This document shows, piece after piece, positions 34,401 to 48,982 of a stretch of DNA of 64,000 bases. A program made the position numbers and the translations under genes. Each line of letters starts with the position of its first letter. Position 1 is the first letter of the stretch. The notes under the pieces are model-generated. The model saw only the letters and a program-made list of their open reading frames with translations, did no database searches and had not been told where the DNA came from. The DNA comes from Dimorphilus gyrociliatus (taxonomy: Eukaryota > Animalia > Annelida): assembly GCA_904063045.1 (NCBI GenBank), contig CAJFCJ010000037.1, forward strand, positions 62,001 through 126,000. Reading direction: 5' to 3'.

Positions 34401-37400
34401 GATGCCACACTGATTTCTGCAAGTACACTCACCAGATGGTGCCTCTTCTCAGCTCTGTCTATTGAACATTTAGAACATGGTTGGCAAGAACATAGCCCAA
34501 ATATCAATCTAGATGGTGTTCCATCAGGACATATACATGGACAAGAATTATATATGTCATAAATACTTTTTGCAGATCCATCAGGACAACAAAGTCAAGC
34601 TCCAGATTCATATTTATAACTAAATTCCCTTTTTCCATTTTCACATCTACAAGGACACATACATTGTTTATTTTTCTTATTGTAGAGTCCATTTTTGATG
34701 TCATTGCCATATTGACCACATTTACAAATGTCATACTTTCTTCTCATTCTACGTTCATAGTTGCTACCTTGGCTGAAATTTTGTAAATATTTTTTGTTTT
34801 TATTATCAAAATAGTATATATTGTAAAAAAGAAAACATTTACCTAAATATAGGAAAGTCTTTCTTTATACAATTGATATAAAATATGTCTTTTTCATAAA
34901 TAGAAAACCTATTTTTCCTTTAATTGTGATATCATTTAACATAACACTACCAGTGTTTGCTTCTCTTTCATCACAAATATGTCCATCAGAGTATCCAGTT
35001 TTAATTTCTATTTTTTTATTTATCACCATATCCATTGATAGTTGATTATTTGTTTTTGTAGAAAAATTTTCAATTTCTATACCTGTTTATACATAGATAA
35101 TTATAGGTAAAATATATTTACAATGATTTCTTTGATACTATACTTGCAAGCCAGTTGTTTACAGATTTCAATGATCCTTTTCTAGCAAAATATTTCAAGT
35201 TTTCATTTAATTTTTTAGATTTTATAGTATTTTTATAAAGTGGCCATTTTAGAGAAAATTTTGATTTAAATGGAATATTAACTTTTCCATATCCAATTCC
35301 ATTTAATGCTGACATGCAAATTTTTCCTTTGCTTTTCCGCTATTGTCCTATGATTGTCTAAATTTGTTTTGTTGTAGAAGATAAGTGAACTGTACAATAA
35401 ACTTGAAAGTGTACAGTTCTTAGATTGAAAGAGAAAATTATCTCTTGATTGAAGAGTAACTGTTCCAACTGAAAATTCTGATGTAGATACTATACCAGGG
35501 AAATTAAAGCCATCAATTTCAAATCTAAATTGATAAGTTCCTCCTTAGAAATATCATAGTTGATATAAATATCATGATTTATAGCCAAAGAAGATTTGAA
35601 ATATTTAACACCATAATCAGGCAGGATTTTTATTTCCATTGTTGTTTGAATTGATGAAATAGCCTTTGATACAATTGACACCTTAGCCACCTTTTTCTAA
35701 TAATAAAATAAAGATAAAGGTTTATTACATTAATATTTCAGATTCTTATTCTTTTTAATTTCATTAAACACTTACATCTAGCATTACTGATGGTAAATTC
35801 TCTTGAATTGATAGCTCTAATTTATCATTAGAATTGGTTGAAATTGAATTAGTTTTTTTTGTAATTTGATTAAAATTTATATTAATTTCATCTAGAAGAT
35901 TTGTCAATGAACCTAAATTGATTAATTCAATCATTTTCCATCCATTCAACAAAGTTTTTGAATTAATTACATAACCAAGTGAAGTAGATACTTTTTGTCC
36001 AATAATGATTTTACCATTGTCAATAATATCATCTGTTTGTGAGTAGTATAAATTATGATTATTATTTTCTCCTCTGCAGTATAATTGATATGAATAAACT
36101 GGTATTTTGTCAAACTCTTCATTTTCAATATTATAATTTGAACAGTCTAATAATGATGATTTTATAAACAAATCTTTATTAATTGTTTGATAAGAACTTT
36201 CAACTTTTTCTAGAAAACCTAAAGTATTTTTAACGATGACAACATCTTTTTTTTCAAATATCTCCGAATCTTCTACGATGATGTAATAAGATCGAAGAGA
36301 TTCACCTTTATACTGGTACACTTCTCCTAAACATTTCATATTAATTTTCTTATCATTATCAATTATTTTCCCCTTGTCATTTGAATTTTGAAGGAATTTT
36401 GACAATTCATCATCAGATGGAGCCATATGTACCGTTTTCTCATCATTAATTTTATTAAATTTACCATTTATTTTCAAATGAGCATATTTTAAATATATCC
36501 AATGGATTTATTACATGTGCAACCATTATTTCAAAATTTGATAATACTTTCATGCTGTTCAAGACTTCATGATGAATTCTATAATTCTTTCTACTTATTA
36601 TAATATTTCCAACAGCGTTAATTACATCACTTCCGTCTTCTAGTACAAATATTTCATATTCATCGTTCAAATCACCATTTAATCTCTCATTGCTATCACA
36701 TTTGTACAATGTTGAAGAATTGGGTATCTGAATAATGTTTTCCTTGAATTGAATGTCATTTAATCTTTGCTCAGAGGTCAAATCTGTATGTGGAAAGCCA
36801 TCTGGGCATTTCTTTTCATTCCATACTCTACACCCAGTTTTTGTTTTTTGATAACAATTATTAATGTCAATACATTGTTGACATACTTTATCAGCAGCAC
36901 TAGAACAATAATGTTCAATACAATTAAATGATAATATTTGATTGGAACAAGAATTTGGCTTGATAGTAAGACAATTCCAGTAAAACCAATCAGGACAAGA
37001 TCTATAAGGTAAACTAGGAGTTCCAGGCATACATCTTTGAGTAGAATCACACCATCCACAAGCATTTTTTTCTGTGCATTGTTTACAATTTGTATATCGT
37101 GGACATTTCGATATTGAACATCTTTTTCCATACCATCCTGGATCACATTGACAAAAATTTGGACCAATACATTTTCCATGCTTATTACAATATCCAACAT
37201 TTTTACATGTAATTTGAGAGCAATCAGCCTTTGTCCAACCAGAATCACAAATGCATATTCCATGGAAGCAAACTCCTCTTTTAAAACAATTATTATCACA
37301 AGCAAAAGTATTAAACTCTCTACAAACAAAAGGTTTTATAATATCATGTTTAAAAGGAGAATGATTATTGGATTGGTGTTGTAAATTTGGAGAATTTGTT

Positions 37401-40356
37401 AATAACCATATATCAGTACTCTTTAAATTATTATTGAAATCTCTATATGTAACGATTTTTCCAATATCGTCACTAATTTCTAATTGATTCTTTGATATAA
37501 GATATGAAAATTCTCTTTTTTCAAAAATACTGTTTGGCTTGAACAGCAATTTGGTGAAAAGATTATGGCATGTTGAAAAAACTGAGGATCTTTTTCCCCA
37601 TCATACCAACAATCCGTCGTTTTCCTTTCTGTTAATCTGATTTGCTTATAGATAGAGTTTGGAAATAGAATTTTCCATCCACAAAGATTATTCTCAAATG
37701 TACATTGAGTTACTGAATATAAGAAAAAAAACTAGTTTATTTCAATACTAATGATAAAATTTAACTGAACCTGGTCTTTTGATTGAAGAGAAGAGAATCT
37801 TCAATGAATATTTATGATAATATCTGTTTAATTGTATTCTCATATCATTTTCATAAATAAATATTTCTTGCTGTTTTGGAAAAGTTGGAGTTATTTGTAT
37901 GAGAGAGTAGTAATATTTAAGATTCTATATACTTGATTCACATTGTGTAGAGTATAAGGTGATTTATTCTTTGGAAAAATGTGTGTATCTTTAGTTGAAA
38001 TAGATCCAGATAAAATCTGTATTCTAAAAATAAAACCATAAGGAATTGTTAAAATTGCTGAGCATCCTTCCTTTGAGAAATCAAACCAATGTGAATCAAA
38101 CCATAGTAGTGATTTATATTGTAAATTGAAAACTGCTCCAATTGTACAGAAAGTAATTGGTGAAGAAATTGAATATTCAAAAGATGGTTTATAAATTGGA
38201 ATTTGATGATTCATTTGAGTTAATTTAATTGAATTAAGATTTTTATTAAAATTACTATTTTCAATTGAAATTCTATTATATGAACCAATTAAATCCAATC
38301 CAGCTCCTCTAATAGATTCTACAAGGATATTTGATATCATTAGATTTTCAACTTTATATAATAAAGTAATTTGTAAGCCAATTTGAGATGATAAGAAATT
38401 TGATTCTTTTACAATTACTTCTTCACTAAGCATTAAACTCAGAGCTACTCCATCAAAAACAGTATTCTTTATATAATTACTTACACCTTTTAAACTAACT
38501 ATAGCTGTATTAAATTTTAGTGCGGAGCAGCTAAAGATAATTGTTACATTAACATTTTCTTGTAGAACATTTCTACATTGAGATAATTGGGTCACATTAT
38601 TACAATCAAGTAATGATTCAAAATAATTGTTTTCTATTTTTAAATCGGGTCCAAATCTGAATATATCTATTCCATAATTCTGAGTTATGAAAATGTTTAA
38701 ATTGAAAACATACTCCTAAAAATTTATTATTGACAATTTCAGCACTTGTTGATTTTTGGATAATATTATAATCTATAAAACTTAAATATCTAAATGAATT
38801 TCCGTAAAATGTAGTATTTCTTATTGATATTTTGTTTCTTGTTCTTTTTTTGCCTTAGTGTGTATTATGTTGAAATTAGTATCTTCAAAGCAACTAGATT
38901 CAATTGTAAAGGTTCTATATAGTAAATTTACTCTGATGTAGGAATTTTTTAATGTTGCCTTATATAACATTAAACTTTGCACAGATTGTAAAGCAAAACA
39001 CTGATTTCTTTATCTAAAATTAAGGATAAAAAACATTTAGTTAAAAAAAAGAGTACTATTAAAGAATGTGATATGACGTAATAGCAAGCAAACCTTCTCC
39101 CATTGAATTTATAGACAGATAGTTTTGTCTTTGTGCAATGTTACATTGTAATGTAATATTTTGACTTTTAGTTATAAAAGAAGTCTACATTTTTTTCTTA
39201 TATATATATACTTTCTGTTTTAATATCATTAATCATAAATTTATTATTGGATTGAATACAAAGACCCTGCCAGTTATTTTCCAGAATAATTGAATTTAGA
39301 TTGTAATTATAAAATTTTTTATCATTCATTAAAGAAATGGCATTTCTAGATGTTGAATTTCGAATTTGTATATTTCTTTATAAAAACAACAACAAAAAAA
39401 AGAAATCAATATTTCAAACATCAAAAAGTAAAAATACTTAATAAAACTAATTATACCAACTCAATTAGCTGAATATTTGAATCTTGAAAGTTGATAGCAG
39501 CCTTTTCGCTATCTACATTTGATATTGACACTTTGTTTGAATTTCTTACCAGAATTCCATTATTTAATCCTCCATAACATTGACGGAAAGTTGGTATTAC
39601 AAGACTATCAAGTATTTCATCAGCTGTTGAGTTCAAACAAATTGATTTAATTGATTAATTTATTCATAATATAAAATATTAACATTTATGTCTTTTACAA
39701 TTTCTAATATCAACTATACCAGTAGAACATTGAATTTCTTGGCAAGTTTCTTTTGCAGTACTCACATCCACAGTAAGAGTTTTCATCCAAAAGCATCATT
39801 TACAAACTAAAAACAAACAATCAAAAATCATTAAAATCTCTCCCAACTAATTTTTTTTTCAAATTAGTAATTAAAAAGACATATTTACTTGTAAAACTCT
39901 ACTGTTTAAATTGATATTATGGCATAGATATAGGTGTTCATCATTAAATTTGAATTTCAACCGAAATCTATCTTTCATATTTAAAAATAAGAAAAAAAAA
40001 CCATTATTTTATGCTAAGAAAAAACTACTTTGTTCTTTTTACCATTATCTAAAAATTCTAAAATAAAATCATCTTTTATTGGAATTTCTTCAACATTCAT
40101 ATAAATTTTTTGATTTTTTTAAACCATTCATTTCTACATTGTCATTTTCTATTACTATTTTAGTGAATTGAGAAGCAAGTGTAATATTTGCACCATGTTC
40201 AACAGTCAATGATGATGGTCTTATTGTAGTTGTAATCCTATGATGGCCAGATGGAATAATTAAAGATTTACCATTATTTATGGAATTAAAATCAAAGCAA
40301 CTTATCCAAGGTAATATCATGAATAAAATGATAATAGATGAGTTGGATGAAACCAT
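31440..40356 (-). pseudogene. Giant type I membrane protein: signal, beta-helix-like region, MAM-like start, EGF/EGF/PSI, Cys-rich, VWD (GDPH), about 10 tenascin-type EGFs, 2 cadherin-like repeats, Ser/Thr stalk, TM; multiple lesions
   Basis: Signal MVSSNSSIIILFMILPWISC; CTFENNLCGW; CGWCDSTQRC (PSI); AWGDPHLETLDGRAFDY; ANDTD and ATDLD cadherin motifs; C-terminal TM. In-frame TGA at 39796-98 and 34595-97, and frameshifts near 37580, 36478 and 34450. The terminal 953-codon ORF is open. Confidence 0.75.
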
Positions 40357-40989
40357 AATGACAACAGATTGAATAATCTATCAAGCTAGTCAACTAGCTA
40401 CTTTCAACATTCACTAACTTAACAGCTACATATAAAAAATAATTCTTCTTTAAAGAAGAAGGAAGAAAAATTTGTCTTTAACTTGTAAATATATTTTCAG
40501 CTGTTGTCAAGGTGTCTTTTATATTTCGAGATTATCCCATTCAATCTATTCAATACTTGACAATAAGAAAAAAGGAAATTCTATAAAGCCTAACTGAAAA
40601 TAGCTTTTTATTGATTTTTACTGTTCTAGTCAAACTTTATTTTAGATACGAAATACTGCAAAAATGTTTTGAATATGTTTATAATTATCAATATTATGAT
40701 ATTAAGATTTTGTGTTTTTAGCACTACAAATTCTTATCTCTCTTTGATAAATTTGTAGAAAGCACTCACACACAGGATTAGATAGTTTATCAGGTTTTCA
40801 GAGCCTTCATTTCGATACTGATTACGTAATCTTATATATGAATAGATAATAATTTTGCCTAAAGTTGCTTTGCAAAAGTAATTGAGACTCTTGAAGTATG
40901 AGAATTCTGTTTCTGTCTTTTTTGATTTTGATGTAGCCAATAAATTATTAATCCAGACTTCTTTTATATTTATACTCCATAGCTGTTAT

Positions 40990-42725
40990 TATCTATTCTT
41001 TTCTTTAGTTAAAAATGTGGTGAAAGGTTGAAAGTCGGGATTTCTAATATGTAACTTTTTTTTTGTTCTAATTGAAGGTCAGTGAAAGACAAATCAATTT
41101 TGTCTACACAATTGTCTCCAGTAACTACACAGGATAGATCTGGTGTATGTTCATACTGTTCAAGTGACACATCGGGAGGTGATATAACAGAAAACATCAC
41201 AATGTTTAACATGGTTTAACCCAAGCCCCAACCTGTCCAAACAGTACAACAGCAAAAATAAATATTTAATACAGTTGATAAGAGGCAAATGACAGTTGAT
41301 CTTCTATGATAATTTTTTCAAGGTTATTGAAATTTTTATTGAATCTTTGCTGTTGCAGCTTGTCTTATTCTGTCCTCAATTTCACTACTATCATTTTTCT
41401 TGTCAATAAATTTGCAGAAATATACAAGATAACAGAGCATACTTTATTCAAAGTCTCTGATTCCAAATCTTCCTAGGCAGGTAGGGAATCTGACACCAAA
41501 CAAACAATAGATCATTACTACAAACAACAGTTAACAACTGCAGTACGACCTACTTTTTTACTGCACTAATACCATCTCGCAAAACAAAAGTGAACAGGAT
41601 AATAACCTGAATGCTAAAAATATGTGCTTTAACCAAATTATGTCAATGAACTAATATAATGAAATAACTGCAAAACCTGTTACAAAATGTTTCATTTGAA
41701 GATCAATGATCTTACCACTAAAAACTGCATATAAATATAAAAAGTTCCATTTGTCAGCCACATACCATTTTCATTTTTTGGTAATAAAAGAAAACTATAA
41801 ATACTTTTAAAATGAACAGCAAAACTACTAAAGCTATAATTCTACTTTTTTCACTTTGTTTTGTCAATTTCTTTTTAATTTCTATTGAAAAATACATATT
41901 TTTCGTTTATTTTTATTTCTACTTTTACTTTTTACAGTTTGGAATGATTTCAATATTTGAAGGAAGTATTCAAGGAAAATCCTATCATTCTCAGCAAGAT
42001 TGTTCATCTGATCCAAAAATGGCATGTGTCTCCTGAAAATGTTGATCACCTGATAAAGATGATCATGGATCACTATTAGGTGTAAAGTAAATTGGAATAT
42101 CCAGGTTGAACTCAAAAGCGTCAACTTTAGTACAAGTTAATCTCATCAATGCAGATTTTGCAGAACAAACTTTAGTTACTACAACATTATCTTTAGCATA
42201 TCCAACAAAAGCAGTTTTAGATTTATCCAAAATTGCTTTATCAGGATTTGGGAAGGTATAACTAAAATAACATAATTAAAATTCACATTAACTCTCACTT
42301 ATTTCTCATTATGAATGAAAATATTTTTTCTTCATTTTCAAAATGTTAAAAAAATGCTTACTTGCAATTCCATTGTGTATCTACACCATAAAAGACAACA
42401 GTGTTTGATGATGATTCTATAGTTGAGATTTTAATTGTGATGTAAAGCTCATAATAAGGTTGATAGTCTAGATAGGAAAATTAAATAAATGTGTAAAATG
42501 TACTACATTTTTTGAGAAAGTAAATAATTCCTTTCTTAAAAATAGAGTTTTCAAGTTAAAAGAAAACTTGTCCATTCCTTCAGTACATGTGAAACTTTGA
42601 GTAATTGTCCTGGATTCTATTATATTTTTAAAAGTATTATATGGGATTACAAATTGAGTGTCTTGATTTACATTTACAGATGATCTATATAGTTCAGTCT
42701 CATCTGGTTTTGTGAGAATGACACT
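40990..42725 (-). pseudogene. Degraded exons of another extracellular multi-domain gene (EGF-like and Ig/VWDE-like pieces)
   Basis: Exon-like frames VILTKPDETELYRSSVNVNQDTQFVIP, PNPDKAILDKSKTAFVGYAKDNVVVTKVC and CCCTVWTGWG...ISPPDVSLEQ...LSCVV, with many stops. Confidence 0.4.
41330..41500 (-). mobile_element. Possible non-LTR (RTE/L2-like) RT C-terminal fragment
   Basis: NDSSEIEDRIRQAATA resembles the EI..RI..A..AF motif that follows RT in RTE-like LINEs. It is short and degraded. Confidence 0.35.
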
Positions 42726-43139
42726 GAAAAAAACAGTTAATCACCAAATGAAAAACATATTTGTTGATTTATAACTAACTCGTATACTGGTGATCCTAAA
42801 TCTCTATACAGTTAGATGGGCGCTGCTGAAAACGCCCATTTTGCAGTTCTTTTGGGGTGAGATTTTGGGCTGGGAAAGGGTTAGGAAAAATATTCCAACA
42901 ATTGATTTGTAATTAGGTGGGTCCAAACTAAAGGTTAGGAACAATGCAGCGCTTAAAAAAGGATCCAGGGCTGGGTTAGGGTTTACCCCTTAATGTGTAT
43001 GGTTTAACCCCTTTTATTTGTATGGTTTAATCCAGTACAGTTTCACCTGCTCCAATTTATAAAAATGTATTAAAAAAGAAAAAGCTAAAAATTTTACACA
43101 AAGTTTAAATATTACTAGAATATAAACAAAGTATGTTAA

Positions 43140-43897
43140 GACACTAAGAATTATTTTGAATAGATTGATGCAATCTTCTTCAAGAGGATAGCAGATGTAA
43201 TTATGCCCAATTTGTATTCATCCCAAACAGCAAATACTTGGTTCTGCATCTGGATCACACTTTTCTTCATATACTTCTTTAGCCTTTTCTCTTATAGAAG
43301 TTTCTCTACAACTGGAATAAGACTTGATTCCTGTTTTAAAATGTCTATGACCATATAAAATGACCCTTTTGCAGGAGTCTTTTCATTTATTCTTCTGTGC
43401 CATCCTTCAGCATCATTGTTGGTCCTGATGGCAAGACCAAATACAGACCAACAATCTGATGTCCAAATTGAATGTTTAATCCAAGTACATTCAATGTATT
43501 GGAAAAAGTCCAAAAATTCCTTTCTCTCAAAGGCCTCATATTTTAGAATGTAAAAACTGTTTAGAATAGCTTCTTCTGAAAATATGCCAAGAAATGTAAA
43601 ATTTATCTTTCACTTATAAACAATACAATGAAATAATTCATTTCTATTTTAAAGCATTACATAATTCAGAGAAAACTGGTATAAACATTACAATACATAT
43701 ACTTTTCTTGAACAATATTAATATTTTATTCTATAAATGAAGTAAACAACAAAGAGAAAAATATTTCTGATTAAAAGTATGAATAATTATACCTAGAATA
43801 TCTTTAGCCATGCATGGGATGTTTTTTCCCAGACTTTAGAAAATTTTTTCCCAACCTTTAGGACGTTTTTTCCCAAGGATATTTTTTCCCAACCCCA
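43140..43897 (-). mobile_element. Second MULE family: transposase C-terminal fragment plus sub-repeated terminus
   Basis: FFQYIECTWIKHSIWTSDCWSVFGLAIRTNNDAEGWHRRIN (RTNNxxE motif). The terminus is built from GGA(C/T)GTTTTTTCCC subrepeats and ends CAACCCC. Confidence 0.8.
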
Positions 43898-44238
43898 TAT
43901 GTCTCAGTGACAAATAAGAAAAAAACACAAAAAATTGATGAAAAAAGTTATCTAAAAACTATTTGATAGAAATTTATATGTAGATCCAAGTTTTACCTAA
44001 TAATTAACAGCTACAAAATTAAAAAAAAAACAAATCTTTTTTGATAAAGAAAAACATTTTTAATGTTCAAAATTTACAGTGTCCGGATTTTTAAGTCGCT
44101 TACTTTATATAAGTCATCTGTTCTGTATAATAAAAGTCTTGTCTCATTAAAAAAATTGTGATTTTATAGTTAAAAATATCAGACAATAAATCATTGCACA
44201 TATAATTTAAAAAACTAATTGTCTTTGTTTACATGAAG

Positions 44239-44269
<31 letters not shown>

Positions 44270-45234
44270 TATTTGAAGACAGTTAAAAGAAAAGAAAATG
44301 GGAAGTAAATTAATATTCTTTTTTTTCTTTTTTGATGTTTCTTACCATTTTTGGTTTGTAAATAAGAGTTTTATTAAAAAAATCTTCCTAATATTGTTAC
44401 ATTGTTCTTTTCTATAGGGGATGTTGTTGAAAACGCCCACAGTTTTGTGGTTTTTTCCACTGCCACTTTAAAATAACTAACATGCATTAATAAATGTATT
44501 ATTTTGAATACTATTCTATATACTATATACAGTATATATATATGTGTGTAAATTATTAAAACCTACTTTTCCATCTATAAAATTCCATTATATTTTGTTA
44601 CTTAGAATATACCAGTTTTTAATATTTGTACTCATTTCAAGTCAGACATTTTGATTGATTTTTGATATTAATTTTACAAAATTCTCAGTGAAATATTATT
44701 CTGGGAATCTATCAAAAATAAAAAAAGGTAAATTAATTATTATTGACGATAATAGCAGTTTTTCATAACTTTGAAAATAAGTTTATTGGAGTAAATAGTG
44801 AAATTTCTGCCTGCAAAAAAAGCAAAGGTCAAAATCAATTCTGTTCCATTCATGAAAAAGAATGAACAAAAGTTGAAACTAGTTAAATACTTCAATTTCA
44901 AAGTAATTTTTAAGCATGTATGGTCAATTTTCAGGTTGTTCATATGGTTCTGTAATTTAAAGTAACAACATATTTTAATTACATCAAAATGTGATTAAAT
45001 TATTGAAAAATTAACTAAAGTAGTATAAAATGTCAATCATCATTCAAATGTTAGTTCAAACAACATCAGGTGCTCATAATTAAAAGGTGAAAGTACTAAA
45101 CAGCTCTTTGTAGTTTTGTAGTTTATTGCTATTGTTCAAAAAGTGACTTCTGCAGTAAACAATGAAAAGGGTTAGTATAAAAGTGAGTTGATATTTAAGA
45201 AAATTATACTTTGTGAAATAAATGGCTGTTCATC

Positions 45235-45968
45235 ATGAAGTTGACTAAACAGATTTTCTTTTTAATAAGCTTTGCATACTGTTTTATATCAGGTAAAGAG
45301 AGGGCAAGATTCATATCTTGTGTTGGTCTGTCTGTCTGTGTAGCTAAAAATTAATTGGTCATTGTCTATTTTTAGTTGAAGGACAAGATCTTTTTGGATT
45401 TAGTGTCAACAGAAATGCAACCTTATTATCATGTTCTTGATCAATCTTGCTCTGCTGGAAGTGATATGAATATTATAAATGATGCTACAGTTGAGAAATG
45501 TTCAAAGTTTTGTAATGAGAACAAGCAATGTCTGGCTTTTTCAATCAATTATGAGAGAAAGATATGCTGGATAAAGAATAAAATAAAGAGTACAACTCAA
45601 TTTACAGCTACACCAAATAATGCATTCTTTCAGAAAGATTTCAAGCGTTGGTATTACATTCTCCCTATTATTCTTCTTTATTTTCCATTCTAATTTATTC
45701 ATTTCTCCAACTAGTTATGCCAATAAATGGCTATACCAGAGTGGACTATTATAGTATAAAGTTCAATACGGATATTGTTAAACATGATGGAAAAGATTTT
45801 TCAAAGTGTCCTAGTGAGTGTAATAGAAAGAGTTGGTGTCTTGGATTTATCATTTACTATAGTTCATGCCGACTGATTAAAAGCCTATCTGAAAATTATC
45901 ATAAGTTTGGCACACCATTATTTCTCAGTAATGCAAAAAAAAGCCAGTGGGAGAGTCTATTAAAATAA
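45235..45968 (+). pseudogene. Secreted protein with two PAN/apple domains; 3 exons, one apparent +1 frameshift near 45390
   Basis: Signal exon 45235-45292 (MKLTKQIFFLISFAYCFIS) and introns 45293-45375 and 45647-45714. PAN motifs CSKFCNENKQCLAFS...CWIK and CPSECNRKSWCLGF...CRL. The frame is restored by removing one T from GATCTTTTTGG. Confidence 0.65.
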
Positions 45969-46224
45969 TTTGATTTATCTAAAAATATTAGTGAAACTGT
46001 AATAGAACTGTCATTCAAAAATTCTGCAATGCAAAATATTTGCCTTTTCATTCTATTTTTCCCTAAACCCAATTCTATGACCTCTAAAATAAATGTCTTC
46101 ACTAGTCTATTTCTCATGTTTTTTATAACCTCCAATATTTATTGTTTCATTTTTTGAGCAATGTGTCAGAAGTTGGCCTTTAATTTTACAATTTTCTTGC
46201 TTTAAAATATACCAAATACCAAAG

Positions 46225-46985
46225 ACTTTTAAAAAATTCCTTCAATTACAATTTCAGCCTTTGTTGTGTTAACAAAACATTAATCAAGCTTAATCAATAT
46301 CCAATCAAGAGAAAGTCACAATAACTTCATGATAGCATTAACAATCACTTACTGAGCTATATCACACTTATTTCTGTTATAACTACATTGTATCAGATAA
46401 CAGAGAATTTTTGACTGGAAGAAGAGATTAAAGATGGGAATTCCAGTGAATAAAACTAAAATAAAAGATATTACCAAATTGTAAGAATAATAGAACTGTA
46501 TTCTAAAGTAATACTAGTCCTGTTCACTAAGATGGTTCATTCAGGAATAAATGCCTCTTACTACCTATGTCCTGCATTTTATACAATTCCTTATCAGTTG
46601 TTTACGCCTTGGTATCAACAACAAGGTCAAACCCTAGATATGGATTATTAACAACTAACAGGATCAAGTGTTATCATATTACAATATCATGTAAACCACA
46701 ACAATTTTGTGTAGTTAAACCCTTAAGAGTCAATTGTTACATCATATTTATGTACATAAACACTTGTTATTGTTGTCAAAATGTTTGGTTATGTAATATC
46801 TTACCCTTTGTTTATAAAAAGGGTTGATTCTGGTATGTTTTGCAGAAATATATCTGTTGTTGAGCATTCTTACAAAAACATTCAACCTTTGCTGTCTTTA
46901 GAATTCAGTTTATCAAATTCAGCCTATATCAAATGGAAGAATATTAAACATCTCTGGCTTCTTTGACAATGCAGGCAAGAAAAGA
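46225..46985. repeat. Degenerate segment duplicated (with internal deletion) at about 62875-63345
   Basis: Long shared stretches, e.g. AAAAATTCCTTCAATTACAATTTCAGCCTTTGTTGTG and GGGTTGATTCTGGTATGTTTTGCAGAAATATATCTGTTGTTGAGCATTCTTACAAAAAC. No clean ORF. Confidence 0.85.
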
Positions 46986-48982
46986 ATTACATAGATTTTT
47001 AATGATGTGGATCAGAGTGAACAATTGCAACATAACACTTACAAGATTGCAAATTGTACTTTGTTGTATTACGATCATAGGAATTTCGTTCTTGTCCCAA
47101 CTGTGTTCATCTGTTTTTTCAACACATTAATCAACTCACTTTCTATTAATGATAAAAAATATAGGCCTAGAGTGTACGGTTTTAAAAATACAGCAAAATG
47201 GCAAGAATTTTTCATAATCCAATTTCCAGTATGACATCATTGACTAACCTTGACACTCCTTTACTATTGTATTTAGACATATCTCATACGAAAATCACAT
47301 CATTGAAGACAAAATAATTTCGCTATTGCCAGGCCTTGTTGAAGATATTGAAAATGGTGGAATGTTCTTTAAAAGATGTTGTATTGGATTTTGGTGTCTA
47401 TTTAAAAACTGTAATTCAAATTCATTTCAATAATACACAACTTCCAGAAAATTATCGTATCACTGTTCAAATATAATAGAAAAAAGAATCAAATCAAAAA
47501 GTCCTTTCTGGTAACAATCCCAACTAATATTTTGTGTTGGTTTCCATTGTCAACTTTAGGTAAAACATTCTAAAAGAAAAATAACTACACATCATGAAAA
47601 CTGGTAAAAAAATTTTTATTTATAATTTCAGTCATTCTATCATCAATAAGAGAATTGACAATAAACAACGACATTAGGATCCGGCTTATAGTATTCTTAA
47701 TCCCTATAAATTCAGTTAATAAGCCATTCATATTCTCATTATCAACTCTATATGAGTATTACACAATTCAAATGGATATATTGCTCAATAGAGGCAGAAA
47801 AAATAGAGAAAATATTGAATATAACCTAAAAGTAAAATGCAAGTATTTTGTTTTTCAAACTGTTTCCAACGCCATCTGGTGTTTGTTTATTTAATTTCAA
47901 AATTGACTTAAGCAGTTATTTCCTGTATAAACAAGTATGATGAGAATCACGTGTCCTTCTTACAATTCTATAATTCTACATTATGTTTGCCAGTAGAAAA
48001 TTATATATTGGATAGTTTCAATTATTTCAAATGCATTAAACAGATTTGCATAGCTTATTGCTCTTTACATTCTCAAAAAATATCCTTTATGGGCCAATTG
48101 ACATTTGAAAATATTATATATCACGTGACTAATCAGATAAAATTTCATTATTTAAAATGCAAAGTATAATTTATTTTATTTTTAGGAAAGACAGAAAAAA
48201 TTCTATGTTTATTGGAGGAAATTTGCTGCAATTAAGGATTCTATGGAGTTGCATGATATTTTTTTTATGGCAGATTTGTTCAAAAGATAATGAATTTGAA
48301 AAAAATGAACCCTATTACAAATTTTTCACCATCTCCAGTTACTGTAGAGGAAGAAAATTGATTAACTTTTGTACATAAATCTACATGAATCTAATACATT
48401 TTAATAACAATATTAAACATTTTCTCTTAGTTATGTCATCAGATACATTAGGTCTTAAGGTGTAGTTACAACAACCCTTTCTAATCATTTAAAAATTTAC
48501 CAAAGTACTCAATCAAATAGAAGCTTTCAAGTTTGTCCACAAATAGTCATAATAAAATGTAATTTTAAATAATCAGTTGACAGTTAGAGAACTGAACTAT
48601 AAACTTTTAAGGATCACATTAGACAACAAGTAAGAATTTACTCTGAAAATGATATGACCAAATTTCTTCCATTTATATTTGTTTACCTTACTGTATGTAG
48701 TAGGAAAAAATTTCTTGGCTGGTGTAGAGATAGAAGATCACCAGGGAAGTGATGCAGAGCACAAGAGTAAATTGTTAATTTACAAAACTGATCTCTTATT
48801 AACAAAGCAAATTATACAGCATTTTCTTATATTAATCTATAAATAATTGATGAAGAGATAAGCAGTTTGTAAAAAGTTTATAAATTTGTAGAACATTATC
48901 CTTAATAATTTACTTAAACCTTTTACTCTATAAATATTGAATTTGAATTTACTGCGAGACTGTTTCTTTCAAAACGTATTGA

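Noticed and set aside
31795-37384. Several alternate-frame or opposite-strand ORFs over the EGF-rich gene (31795, 32444, 32792, 36778, 37148)
   Set aside because: By-products of the Cys/Gly codon periodicity of the real minus-strand frame.
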